A stretch of DNA of 64,000 bases, from positions 78,077 through 142,076 of the forward strand of contig JAYZXF010000017.1 in assembly GCA_036141575.1 (NCBI GenBank). Direction: 5' to 3'. The stretch is from Pseudomonadota bacterium (GTDB lineage Bacteria > Pseudomonadota > Alphaproteobacteria > UBA2136 > JAPKEQ01). The notes below the pieces were generated by a model. The model had not been told where the DNA came from. It did not search any database and saw only the letters and a program-made list of their open reading frames with translations. The translations under genes and the position numbers were made by a program. The first letter of the stretch is position 1, and every line of letters begins with the position of its first letter. Below are positions 27,609 to 36,529 of the stretch, in pieces.

Positions 27609-27923
27609 CTATTGTAGTGGTATGCATGAGGATCCATTAAAAAGCATGCCATTATTGGCACATGAGTGAGAATGGCTCTGATTACTCGAGATGCGATCAG
27701 CATCAGCTCTCAAACTTGAGAGTTCTGTATCTAAGACATCAAGCTGACCTGCCAGCACGGTCTTCCAGCTTTTTAGAGCAATACTGAGCGTATTCACTTG
27801 TCTTGAAAGGTTTTCTGTTTCTGCTTTTTGTGCAAGGGCGTCTGCAGGGAATGCCAGCAGTGCCGGTGCTGTAAGTAGAATAAAGGCTTTCTTGAGTTTC
27901 ATATCATGCACTCTTTTTAGCAT
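27609..27923 (-). CDS. secreted protein, member C of the 'EG-ARQ' family (short form)
   Basis: Signal peptide, 'LSRQVNTLSIALKSW', then the C-terminal loop 'HSCANNGMLFNGSSC'. Confidence 0.55.
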   Translation of the reverse strand: MLKRVHDMKLKKAFILLTAPALLAFPADALAQKAETENLSRQVNTLSIALKSWKTVLAGQLDVLDTELSSLRADADRISSNQSHSHSCANNGMLFNGSSCIPLQ

Positions 27924-28579
27924 TGCGTGCCGCTTGTGCAGCTTGCAGTTGGGTTTGAGATATTATTTGTATTGGCGTAGTTTAGATAATTGACTGTTTC
28001 TTCCACAGACATAGCACCTGTTGTGGCTTCATTAGAGCCTGCAATATGTTGGCGCACTTCTGCAGCGGCTTGCGCTGCTGTCATGCCTGAACCTTGAAGT
28101 CTGTCCATCTCACCTTGCCAAAAATGTGCTCCAGCTTGGTCTGGTGCGCGGCCGAGCTCATCGCTATAAATTGCGCAAAGCTCAGGTGATGCTGTGCATG
28201 TGTTTTGTGTTGGAGTTGGTGCTGAGGCAACAGTTGGTGCTGAAGCTGATGGGGCAGGCGCTGCGCTGGCTGTTGGTAGCCCTATGCAGTGCGAACCATT
28301 ATAAAGCATATGGCTGTTGGCACAGTCATATGCATTACTTTGTTGCTGAAGCAATCTATCTGCCTCTGTTCTCAATCCCGAAATACTATTGCTGAGTGCT
28401 GTAAGCTCACTGTTTACATTTTGACGAAAGCCGTCAATGGTATTTCTAAGTGAGCCAACTTGCCTAGAAACACCCTCAACAGGCGTGAGCTGTGCTTGAG
28501 ATTCTAGCGTTGTAAGTAGTAGTGTTGGTGTAATAGCAAGTAATGCTTTTCTAAGTAATGCTTTTCTGTTTTTTGACAT
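27917..28579 (-). CDS. secreted protein, member D of the 'EG-ARQ' family
   Basis: Signal peptide, 'VEGVSRQVGSLRNTIDGF', then 'YDCANSHMLYNGSHC', followed by an Ala/Pro/Ser-rich linker. Confidence 0.6.
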   Translation of the reverse strand: MSKNRKALLRKALLAITPTLLLTTLESQAQLTPVEGVSRQVGSLRNTIDGFRQNVNSELTALSNSISGLRTEADRLLQQQSNAYDCANSHMLYNGSHCIGLPTASAAPAPSASAPTVASAPTPTQNTCTASPELCAIYSDELGRAPDQAGAHFWQGEMDRLQGSGMTAAQAAAEVRQHIAGSNEATTGAMSVEETVNYLNYANTNNISNPTASCTSGTQC

Positions 28580-28801
28580 ATCTAACCCCTAATAGTTCCT
28601 TAAGGTCTTATAGGTGCCACAACAACTATAGGTATCACTTTGCTGACAGTGTGAAATTTTATAAATAGTACATGTGTTGTGCTATTTTAAAGCTTGCTAT
28701 ACAAAATTCTCTCATGTATATGTTGAAGTACGCATAAAAACGCTCTATTGTGAGCACACTAAATTTTGGTTTCTAAAGATATATAAAAAAGAAATAACCA
28801 T

Positions 28802-29917
28802 ATGAGCTTAACATTTGGATTTGTAAAAGAAACAGCAAAAGGCGAGTGCCGTGTGGCGATGACGCCTGAAGGCATTGGTAAGCTTCTTAAAAGCTACCCA
28901 GACGCAAAGGCTGTGATTCAAAAAGGTGCCGGTGAGGGCGCAGATTTTTCTGATGACGCTTACAAGAAGGCAGGCGCGATTCTTGTTGCCAGCGCAGACG
29001 ATATCTACGCGACATCTGACATTGTGGTGCGCGTAACGCCACCAGCAATGGGTGTGGCTGCACAAATGAAAAAAGGTGCACTTCTACTTGGTAACCTAGA
29101 CCCATTTAACAGCACGAAGCTTTTTGCAGCTCTTGCTAAAAATAAAGTGAACGCGCTGTCTATGGAGCGCATTCCACGCACAAGCCGTGCACAGGCAATG
29201 GACACGCTATCGTCTCAGGCCTCACTTGCAGGCTACCGTGCGGTTATTGAAGCCTCTAGCCTCTACAAAGGCTACTTCCCACTGATGATGACCTCAGCGG
29301 GGAGCTCTCGCCCAGCAAACGTGATTGTGCTAGGTGTGGGTGTTGCGGGCCTTCAAGCCATTGCAACAGCGCGCCGCCTTGGTGCTGCTGTACAAGCGTT
29401 TGACGTACGCCCTGAAGTGAAAGAGCAGGTAGAAAGCCTTGGCGCTAAGTTTATTGATATTGACCTTGGTGAAGATGGTTCAGGTGAGGGCGGTTACGCC
29501 AAAGAGCTGAGCGCTGATGCCAAAGCAAAACAGCAAGCGGCTCTACAAGAGGTTCTGAAGAAGGCTGACGTTGTTGTGACAACAGCGCTGATTCCAGGCC
29601 GTGAAGCCCCTGAGCTGATTACAGAAGACACTGTAAAAGGTATGAAGGACGGTAGCATTATTGTAGATATGGCTGCTGCTGCAGGCGGTAACTGTAAGCT
29701 GACTGAAGCAAACAAAATTGTGATTCGCCATGGTGTTAGCCTTGTGGGTCACACTAACTACCCAAGCATGGCGGCAACGGATGCCAGCCACTTCTACGCA
29801 GGTAACGTACTGAACCTTATGGCGCTCCTTGTGAAGGATGGCCGTCTGGTTTACGACCGTGAAGACGATATTGTTGATGCGGCTCTGAGCGTGTTTGAAG
29901 GGAAGGTGGAATCATGA
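28802..29917 (+). CDS. pntAA: NAD(P) transhydrogenase subunit alpha part 1 (dI, AlaDH/PNT domain)
   Basis: N-terminal 'FGFVKET..GE.RVA.TPE' and the NAD-binding GxGxxG 'VIVLGVGVAGLQAIATA'. Confidence 0.9.
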   Translation: MSLTFGFVKETAKGECRVAMTPEGIGKLLKSYPDAKAVIQKGAGEGADFSDDAYKKAGAILVASADDIYATSDIVVRVTPPAMGVAAQMKKGALLLGNLDPFNSTKLFAALAKNKVNALSMERIPRTSRAQAMDTLSSQASLAGYRAVIEASSLYKGYFPLMMTSAGSSRPANVIVLGVGVAGLQAIATARRLGAAVQAFDVRPEVKEQVESLGAKFIDIDLGEDGSGEGGYAKELSADAKAKQQAALQEVLKKADVVVTTALIPGREAPELITEDTVKGMKDGSIIVDMAAAAGGNCKLTEANKIVIRHGVSLVGHTNYPSMAATDASHFYAGNVLNLMALLVKDGRLVYDREDDIVDAALSVFEGKVES

Positions 29918-30351
29918 TGATGCCTTGGTATTTCTTTGCAAGCTGGGCTGTTGTTGGTATTGCCATCTTTAACATTGCAGCAAAAAGCATTACAGGCCTT
30001 ACGCCAGCGCTGTTTAACATGCTCTACAGTGGTGTGGTGCTACTTGTGTCTATTAGCTACTTTGCGTTTAGACACTTTACAGGTGAGGCACCGTTTAACG
30101 TGCCAACAGATGCAAAAAGCTGGATGTATGTGATTCTTGCTGGTGTGGGTGTAAACATGATTAACCTTGGTTATGCCGAAATGTATGGCCGTGGTGTTGA
30201 AATTAGTATCGGTGCCAATGCCATTATTATGGCCAGCCTCGTAACCGCCACTCTTATTGGTGTATTTGTATTTAAAGAGCAACTGTCGATGATGAAAGGC
30301 CTTGGTTTATTCCTTGGTGTCATCGCCCTTATTTGCTTCATGAAAGGATAG
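29914..30351 (+). CDS. small 4-TM membrane protein (DMT/EamA-like) inserted between pntAA and pntAB
   Basis: 145 aa with four hydrophobic helices. ATGA overlap with the pntAA stop. Confidence 0.5.
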   Translation: MMMPWYFFASWAVVGIAIFNIAAKSITGLTPALFNMLYSGVVLLVSISYFAFRHFTGEAPFNVPTDAKSWMYVILAGVGVNMINLGYAEMYGRGVEISIGANAIIMASLVTATLIGVFVFKEQLSMMKGLGLFLGVIALICFMKG

Positions 30352-30353
30352 AG

Positions 30354-30677
30354 ATGATGGAACTTTCAATGCTAACCGTACTGATTATGGTTTTTGTTCT
30401 GGCCTGCTTTATTGGTTACTTTGTTATTTGGAATGTAACGCCAGCGCTTCACACGCCGCTTATGGCTGTAAGTAATGCCATTAGTGGTATCGTTATTGTG
30501 GGTGCCATTCTGGTGGCAGGTACAGTGGTTTACACAGATGCTCAAGTGATGGGTATCGAGCTTTACAAAATTATCGGTTTCCTAGCGGTCTTCTTTGCAA
30601 GCATTAATATTTTTGGCGGCTTTACAGTCACGCGCCGCATGCTTGCGATGTTTAAATCTAAGTCAAAACCACGCTAG
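30354..30677 (+). CDS. pntAB: NAD(P) transhydrogenase subunit alpha part 2
   Basis: '[26 protein letters not shown]' is the characteristic PntAB / PntA C-terminal segment. RBS 'aaagga' upstream. Confidence 0.85.
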   Translation: MMELSMLTVLIMVFVLACFIGYFVIWNVTPALHTPLMAVSNAISGIVIVGAILVAGTVVYTDAQVMGIELYKIIGFLAVFFASINIFGGFTVTRRMLAMFKSKSKPR

Positions 30678-30824
30678 GACATGGCTGCAAATGATCGCTT
30701 GCTCCACTTCCGTTGCTCATGTATCTCAAATACACTGCGCTACGGCTCTCGCAAGCCCTCATTTTCGCTCATGCCTACCATATTTTGAAATGAAATTAAT
30801 ATTAAACTGAAAAGTTAATTTGAT

Positions 30825-32240
30825 ATGCTAAATAGTTATTTTGAAACAATTAAAAACACTTTAAATCTAAATGCAGATGCCTTTGCGCTGCTGTATCTAG
30901 CTTGTGGTGTTCTCTTTATTCTTGGCCTGAAAGGTCTCTCACACCCACGCAGTGCTCGCCGTGGTAACTTGCTTGCGATGCTCGGTATGGGCCTTGCGAT
31001 TCTCACAACGCTGATGCATCCAAGTGTCACTGACTACACATGGATCGTTGCGGGTATTGTTGCTGGTGCCATTGTGGGTGTGCCGATTGCCCTTAAAATT
31101 AAAATGACCTCTATGCCGCAGCTTGTGGCAATCCTCAACAGCTTTGGTGGTCTTGCTGCAGCCCTTATTGGTATCGGTATGCACTTTGCGCTGGCTGGTG
31201 ACACAGCAGGGGACCGCACAGAGATCTTTATGGGTGCATGGATTGGTCTACTTACATTCAGTGGTTCTATCATCGCTTTCTCTAAGCTGAGTGGCTACAT
31301 GAAGAGCGCAGCGATTACCTTCCCAATGCAGCACGTGTTTAACCTACTTGTTGGTTTTGCGATGATTGCAACGGGTGTGCTCTACATTCAGCACGGTGAT
31401 GTCAACATGCTGTACGCATTTGCAGCCATCGCTTTTGTACTTGGTATTCTCATTATTATTCCAATCGGTGGCGCAGATATGCCAGTGGTTGTGAGCCTTC
31501 TCAACAGTTATAGTGGTTGGGCAGCTGTGGCAACAGGCTTCACGCTTGAAAACACGCTTCTTATCATCACTGGTTCTGTTGTCGGGTCTTCTGGTGCCAT
31601 CCTGACGTACGTAATGTGTAAAGCGATGAACCGTAGCTTCTTTAACGTTCTGCTTGGCGGTTTTGGTGCTGACGATGATGCAGGCGCAGCAGCTATGGCG
31701 ACAGGTGGTACAGTTAAGCAAGCCAGCGCAGACGATGCAGCCTTCATGATGGAAAACGCAAACAGCGTGGTTGTTGTACCGGGTTACGGTATGGCGGTGG
31801 CGCAAGCACAGCATGCTCTACGTGAGGTGATGGATATTCTGGATGAGAAGAACATTAAAACACGCTTTGCCATTCACCCTGTTGCGGGTCGTATGCCAGG
31901 GCATATGAACGTTCTTCTCGCTGAAGCAGATGTACCATATGAGAATGTGGCTGAAATGGATAATATCAACGCAGACTTCTCAACAACAGATGTTGTGTTG
32001 GTAGTGGGTGCAAACGATGTTGTGAACCCTGACGCCAAAAATGTGAAGAGCAGCCCACTATACGGTATGCCGATTCTTGAAGCGTACAAAGCGAAGACAG
32101 TTTACGTTGTAAAGCGTAGCATGAACGCAGGTTACGCAGGCGTAGATAACGCACTCTTTACAATGGATAACACCTCTATGATCTTTGGAGACGCCAAGGA
32201 AGTTGCAGAACGCCTTGCCGCCGCTCTTAAGATGAACTAG
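30825..32240 (+). CDS. pntB: NAD(P) transhydrogenase subunit beta
   Basis: 471 aa with a polytopic N-terminus and a C-terminal dIII NADP-binding domain ('VVVPGYGMAVAQAQH', 'VLLAEADVPY'). Confidence 0.9.
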   Translation: MLNSYFETIKNTLNLNADAFALLYLACGVLFILGLKGLSHPRSARRGNLLAMLGMGLAILTTLMHPSVTDYTWIVAGIVAGAIVGVPIALKIKMTSMPQLVAILNSFGGLAAALIGIGMHFALAGDTAGDRTEIFMGAWIGLLTFSGSIIAFSKLSGYMKSAAITFPMQHVFNLLVGFAMIATGVLYIQHGDVNMLYAFAAIAFVLGILIIIPIGGADMPVVVSLLNSYSGWAAVATGFTLENTLLIITGSVVGSSGAILTYVMCKAMNRSFFNVLLGGFGADDDAGAAAMATGGTVKQASADDAAFMMENANSVVVVPGYGMAVAQAQHALREVMDILDEKNIKTRFAIHPVAGRMPGHMNVLLAEADVPYENVAEMDNINADFSTTDVVLVVGANDVVNPDAKNVKSSPLYGMPILEAYKAKTVYVVKRSMNAGYAGVDNALFTMDNTSMIFGDAKEVAERLAAALKMN

Positions 32241-32251
32241 AGAGATACAAA

Positions 32252-32288
32252 AGAAAAAGCCCCTGCAATAGCGGGGGCTTTTATCGAT
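32252..32288. terminator. terminator 'aaaaagcccctgcaatagcgggggcttttat'
   Basis: Stem-loop with flanking A and T runs. Between convergent genes. Confidence 0.7.
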
Positions 32289-32613
32289 CTTCAATGATCC
32301 AGAAAAATTTAGCAATTTCTGGAATCGGTTGGCCAAGGAGGCGTCTTTCAATGATGTGATCTGGCGCGTGCCCACTTATTCCAAAGAAATGGCAGGCGTC
32401 AAAATAGCCCATAAATCTAAGAATAAGAAGATGCCCAACAAACAAAAAGAAAGAGGGGACAATAAAAACCATAAGGAGTGCTTCACTATACCCAACAAGG
32501 AGGCTAGAAAAAATAAGCATCACCAGCAAAACACCTTCACCATAGGTTTTATATTTGCGAACTTCGAGGCCTTTTCGAATGGTCTTTTTATATTCAGGGA
32601 TTTTATCCCACAT
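32281..32613 (-). CDS. small membrane protein, member of the 5-gene tandem family (ORF extends to 32703)
   Basis: C-terminal 'ACHFFGISGHAPDHI' resembles 'LCKQYDIPHYYNVFAI' and 'LCKERGIKPHWNVFAV' of the neighbours. Confidence 0.4.
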   Translation of the reverse strand: MWDKIPEYKKTIRKGLEVRKYKTYGEGVLLVMLIFSSLLVGYSEALLMVFIVPSFFLFVGHLLILRFMGYFDACHFFGISGHAPDHIIERRLLGQPIPEIAKFFWIIEDR

Positions 32614-32743
32614 AAGGATTGCTCCTGAGACTTGGAAAAGGAAAACATATTTGAATGACTCGAGTGTAGGGGAGATAGGCTGGAATGAAAAGGGGAAAAG
32701 CAAAACACCCCGCTTTTAGGCGGGATGTTCTGGTTGTCGAGTG

Positions 32744-33049
32744 TCAGGCGATGGCCCGGGCGATGGCAAATACATTGTAGTAATGCGGAATATCATACTG
32801 TTTGCACAGGGCATCTGCACGATTCCTAACGTGCATGAACTTGAGGTTCATGGCGAGTGCGGCCAAACCGGCAATCACAGCAATAGAGTTGTTGAAGCCC
32901 ATGAAGCTCAGAGCCACACTGATGGTCGCAATAACCACCAGAATGTAGGCGACAGTTTGAAACAGAACGCCTTTGGCGATGGCGCGACGATCTTCCATGG
33001 GGATGGGGTGTGCGTTGGACATGTTGTCCTCCTTTTGAAAACGGTGCAC
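32744..33049 (-). CDS. small 2-TM membrane protein, tandem family member
   Basis: '...ALCKQYDIPHYYNVFAIARAIA' at the C-terminus. Own terminator hairpin at 32704-32730. Confidence 0.5.
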   Translation of the reverse strand: MHRFQKEDNMSNAHPIPMEDRRAIAKGVLFQTVAYILVVIATISVALSFMGFNNSIAVIAGLAALAMNLKFMHVRNRADALCKQYDIPHYYNVFAIARAIA

Positions 33050-33151
33050 TGAGTGAGAAAGTACCTATCATATGGTGATAGTTCTTTGAGAATTCAAGAC
33101 TTTCATAGATAGCAACACCCCACATAAATGCGGGGTGTTGTAGAAGTTCGC

Positions 33152-33430
33152 TTATTTGGATGTGCTTTTGATGACAGCAAAAACGTTCCAGTGGGGCTTG
33201 ATGCCGCGCTCTTTGCAGAGTTGGACGTATTTCCGGTCATTGCGGTGCGCATCCATTTTGATGCAAAGCGCGACGCCAATGATGAAATAGGGCAGGTACT
33301 GGTAGTAAATGCCGAACATCCAGTTGCTGAGCAGGTAGAACAGGGTAAAGCCGACCAGCGCGTAGTACATCAACAGGGTGCGAACACCTTTATTGAGCAC
33401 TTTGCGCTCAGACTTCGTGAGCTTAGCCAT
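33152..33430 (-). CDS. small 2-TM membrane protein, tandem family member
   Basis: 'QLCKERGIKPHWNVFAVIK'. Terminator hairpin at 33113-33137. Confidence 0.5.
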   Translation of the reverse strand: MAKLTKSERKVLNKGVRTLLMYYALVGFTLFYLLSNWMFGIYYQYLPYFIIGVALCIKMDAHRNDRKYVQLCKERGIKPHWNVFAVIKSTSK

Positions 33431-33442
33431 AGGGATGATCCT

Positions 33443-33751
33443 TTAAAGCTTGATGCGAAAGGCTTTTACACCTTGCCAGATTGTGAGCACAGGGTTCCAA
33501 CCATACGTTTTGCATACAGAAAAGAAGTCTGTCATGGTGAAAACGCATGCAGTGACAGTGCTCAAGGCGATGGCAAGCGTGATAGTGTTAATCTTCAGGG
33601 CTTCCCAAATGCTTAAATCTGCAATGAAGCACATGTACAGCATTGAGATTACTGTCACAATGCACATTGCATGGATAGAAGCGGCAAAAGCAAATAACCC
33701 TTGCTTGAAAGCCTTGAACTCATCTTGCGAGAGAACTTCAGAGAGTTGCAT
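33443..33751 (-). CDS. small 2-TM membrane protein, tandem family member
   Basis: 'SVCKTYGWNPVLTIWQGV'. Only a 12-nt gap to the next gene. Confidence 0.5.
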   Translation of the reverse strand: MQLSEVLSQDEFKAFKQGLFAFAASIHAMCIVTVISMLYMCFIADLSIWEALKINTITLAIALSTVTACVFTMTDFFSVCKTYGWNPVLTIWQGVKAFRIKL

Positions 33752-33873
33752 GAGTTATCCTTTCAGGATGAAAACGGTGAACAGAATAGGTCGTATGCAA
33801 TATATGGTTCTTAAAATCTTTGTTTTCAAGCCTATAAAAGCAAAACACCCCCGAAGGGGTGGCTTGCTCGCTT

Positions 33874-34170
33874 TTATAGCCAGTTTGGAAGACCAAACTT
33901 ACGGAACAAAATTGCAAGATTTTCATTCCCTTTAAGGCCATACTCTTGGCAAGCTTCTTTAAAAAAGATGCTGCGGAGTTTCCAGTGGAAGAAAGCGAGT
34001 TGCGCAGCGATGCATAGCAGGATGGTCAGTGTTGCGGTAAGGCTCAACAGACCGAAGTAATTGCCAGCCACCATCATGGCACTCAGCGCAGAGCTGAACA
34101 TAAACTGCATAATTTTCAACTCAATTCCTTGTTGGATGGAGCTTTCAGTAATTGTCATAACTGTCCTCAA
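33874..34170 (-). CDS. small 2-TM membrane protein, tandem family member
   Basis: 'EACQEYGLKGNENLAILF'. Terminator 'acacccccgaaggggtggc' at 33846-33866. Confidence 0.5.
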   Translation of the reverse strand: MRTVMTITESSIQQGIELKIMQFMFSSALSAMMVAGNYFGLLSLTATLTILLCIAAQLAFFHWKLRSIFFKEACQEYGLKGNENLAILFRKFGLPNWL

Positions 34171-34286
34171 CGGTAAACAGGGTGATTTTATTAAATTATG
34201 GTTATGGTTTATGATTTTTCAATGTGAGGTAGCAGAATCTTTTTGAGTTGTGCTAAACTTTGCCAACTAAAAAAGAAAGAATAAAT

Positions 34287-34601
34287 ATGTCTCTCAAGCT
34301 GGTTTACACAACATGTAGCGCACAAGATAACCCTCATGCATGGGCAGAGGACCTCATTGGCCAAGGCCTTGCGGCTTGCGTAAATATTTTGCCAACGGTC
34401 GATAGTGTTTACATGTGGCAAGGCCAAGTGGCTGATGCCCAAGAACGCCCATTGATTATTAAAACACGTGCTGATAAGATCGCGGCGCTGGAAAATGAGA
34501 TCAAACGACTCAGCCGTAATGAAAACCCAGCCTTCATGATTTTAGATATGACAGCAGGAGAGGAATTTGGCACATGGATGCATCAGGTATTGGGTTCATA
34601 G
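34287..34601 (+). CDS. cutA: divalent-cation tolerance protein CutA
   Basis: The 104-aa CutA1 fold signature 'KLVYTTC...AACVNILP...S.Y.W.G' matches. Confidence 0.75.
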   Translation: MSLKLVYTTCSAQDNPHAWAEDLIGQGLAACVNILPTVDSVYMWQGQVADAQERPLIIKTRADKIAALENEIKRLSRNENPAFMILDMTAGEEFGTWMHQVLGS

Positions 34602-35059
34602 ACCAGCTTGTACTGCAAGGCTTTTTTAGAGGGACAATCGTAGCAGCGACTCTCATTATACTTTGCACATTTGTGCATTTCTATACGTTTGCATCACTTA
34701 ATAAAGTGTTGAAAAAGATTGAGAAGAAGCATCACCTTAAGCAAACACTTGTTTTGCTCTTCGCACTCTTTTTCGCGCATAGCATTCAGGTTTGGTTATT
34801 CGCTGGCGGTTATATGATACTGATCAACGGTTTTGAAATTGGCCATTTTGTGACAGAGAGTGGTGATATGTATCACGCAGGCTTTGTTGATGCGTTGTAT
34901 TACTCTATCGTGACTTATACCTCTCTTGGCTTTGGGGATATTATTCCAACACAGGCAGTGCGCCTTCTTACAGGAATTGAGGCCTTGCTTGGTCTCTTGA
35001 TGATTGCTTGGTCAGCATCGTTTACATACATCTCTATGGAAAAACGCTGGCGCAACTAA
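34574..35059 (+). CDS. 2-TM potassium channel (Ion_trans_2 family; start uncertain, overlaps the cutA 3' end)
   Basis: Pore/selectivity filter 'SIVTYTSLGFGDIIP' flanked by two TM helices. Confidence 0.65.
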   Translation: MDASGIGFIDQLVLQGFFRGTIVAATLIILCTFVHFYTFASLNKVLKKIEKKHHLKQTLVLLFALFFAHSIQVWLFAGGYMILINGFEIGHFVTESGDMYHAGFVDALYYSIVTYTSLGFGDIIPTQAVRLLTGIEALLGLLMIAWSASFTYISMEKRWRN

Positions 35060-35085
35060 GCGTAGAAGCTAAAAAAGAAGAGCAA

Positions 35086-35676
35086 TTATTGCTCTTCTTT
35101 TTCAGCCTTATCAAGATCAGGATTATAATTTGTAATACTAAACAGCTTTTTAGCAAGCTCAGGAGAGCAGGGCACAACATCACCAGATGCGATAAACTTC
35201 TTCAGTTTATCCTTGGCAATTTCAAGTGTTGGTGAGTTAGAAATCAGTTTTGTGAAGACCATGTTCTGCAGCTCGTTGAAGCGCTTTGTCATCACGTGAC
35301 CCGCATACTCAAGCAGTTTAATAGCGATCATTGGGTGTTCGCTACGAATCTTCAGGAAGTCATCATACTCAAGCATAAAGTACTTGGCTTGACGGCTGAC
35401 CAGAATGGTTGCGTTACGCTCTTGTTGAAGTAGAAGGTTACCTTCTCCAAGCAGAAGAGGGGCTTCAAGGCTGGCAACTTTAAGGGCCGCAAGGCGGTTA
35501 GAATATTGAACTTTACGGTAAATTTCATAGTTACCACTAATCAGAAAATAGAGGTCACGATCTGTCTGACCATATTCGATCAGAATAGACCCCACTGGGG
35601 CGGTCTTCGCTTTAAAGTACGGCTTTAGAATTTGTCCTTCTTCTGGAGTAAGGCCTGGTATGAGCTTTTCAAGCAT
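35086..35676 (-). CDS. cyclic-nucleotide-binding domain protein
   Basis: cNMP-binding-like 'GQTDRDLYFLISGNYEIYRKV......LLLGEGNLL'. Convergent with the K+ channel. Confidence 0.6.
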   Translation of the reverse strand: MLEKLIPGLTPEEGQILKPYFKAKTAPVGSILIEYGQTDRDLYFLISGNYEIYRKVQYSNRLAALKVASLEAPLLLGEGNLLLQQERNATILVSRQAKYFMLEYDDFLKIRSEHPMIAIKLLEYAGHVMTKRFNELQNMVFTKLISNSPTLEIAKDKLKKFIASGDVVPCSPELAKKLFSITNYNPDLDKAEKEEQ

Positions 35677-35886
35677 CTTGTTTTTCTATCCCGTATTCAA
35701 TTAACCTGCCCATGATATTATGTTTCTTTCTCCAAATATCCAAGTAAAAATTTTTAACCCTAAAGAGTGGTTGTGCCCTATATGCAACGGATTTTTGCGG
35801 TTTTCGTTGTCTAAGTGCTTGCCAAATATCAGACTTCGCTGCATATTGTTCTGACAAATAATACGAAATGAGTACTCTATTTTATT

Positions 35887-36465
35887 ATGACTGAAGATGT
35901 AATGACAATCCGCACCGAGCGGACACCTAACCCTAACAGCCTGAAATACAAGCTAGGTAAACTCATTTTGCCGGGCGGTAGCGCGAACTTTCCAACACCT
36001 GGAACAGCAGAACGCTCACCTCTTGCAAAGCGTTTGTTTACAGTGTCTGGCGTAACAGGTGTGTTTATTGGGAGTGATTTCTTCACCATTACAAAAGATG
36101 AAGAGTTTCTATGGCCGGCCATTAATGAAGGGATTGCTCCAGTCCTTGAAGAGTTCTTTGAGAGTGGGGACCCTGTACTGCAAGGTTCAGCGGAAGCACC
36201 AAAGCTAGAAGATATTGGCGATGGCGACGCGGACCCTGTTGTGATTTCTAAAATTAAAGAGCTGATTGATACGCAAGTGCGTCCTGCTGTGGCACAAGAC
36301 GGTGGTGACATTGTTTACCGTGGTTATGATGAAGGTATTGTTTACCTAGAAATGCATGGCGCATGTAGTGGTTGCCCAAGCTCTAGCGTAACGCTTAAGC
36401 AGGGGATTGAAACCATGCTTCAGCATCACTTGCCTGACGATGTGAAGGAAGTACGAGCAATTTAA
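35887..36465 (+). CDS. Fe-S cluster scaffold/carrier protein, NifU/Nfu-type
   Basis: Nfu_N-like N-terminus plus a C-terminal 'VYLEMHGACSGCPSSSVTLKQGIE' CxxC motif. Confidence 0.8.
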   Translation: MTEDVMTIRTERTPNPNSLKYKLGKLILPGGSANFPTPGTAERSPLAKRLFTVSGVTGVFIGSDFFTITKDEEFLWPAINEGIAPVLEEFFESGDPVLQGSAEAPKLEDIGDGDADPVVISKIKELIDTQVRPAVAQDGGDIVYRGYDEGIVYLEMHGACSGCPSSSVTLKQGIETMLQHHLPDDVKEVRAI

Positions 36466-36495
36466 AAAAGCGCCCTTGCGGGCGTTTTTTTTTGA
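36464..36495 (+). terminator. terminator 'aaaaaagcgcccttgcgggcgttttttttt'
   Basis: GC stem followed by T9. Confidence 0.75.
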
Positions 36496-36529
36496 AAAGT
36501 TAATTTTTAAACTAAGCAAATAAAACAAG

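Noticed and set aside
10225-33866. Recurrent 'CCCC-GAAG-GGGG'-type hairpins (10225, 17675, 18365, 33846, 57307) considered as a REP-like mobile palindrome family
   Set aside because: Each sits exactly at a gene 3' end with flanking A and T runs and behaves as an ordinary intrinsic terminator. Stem sequences differ, apart from the single 28-nt identical pair reported above.
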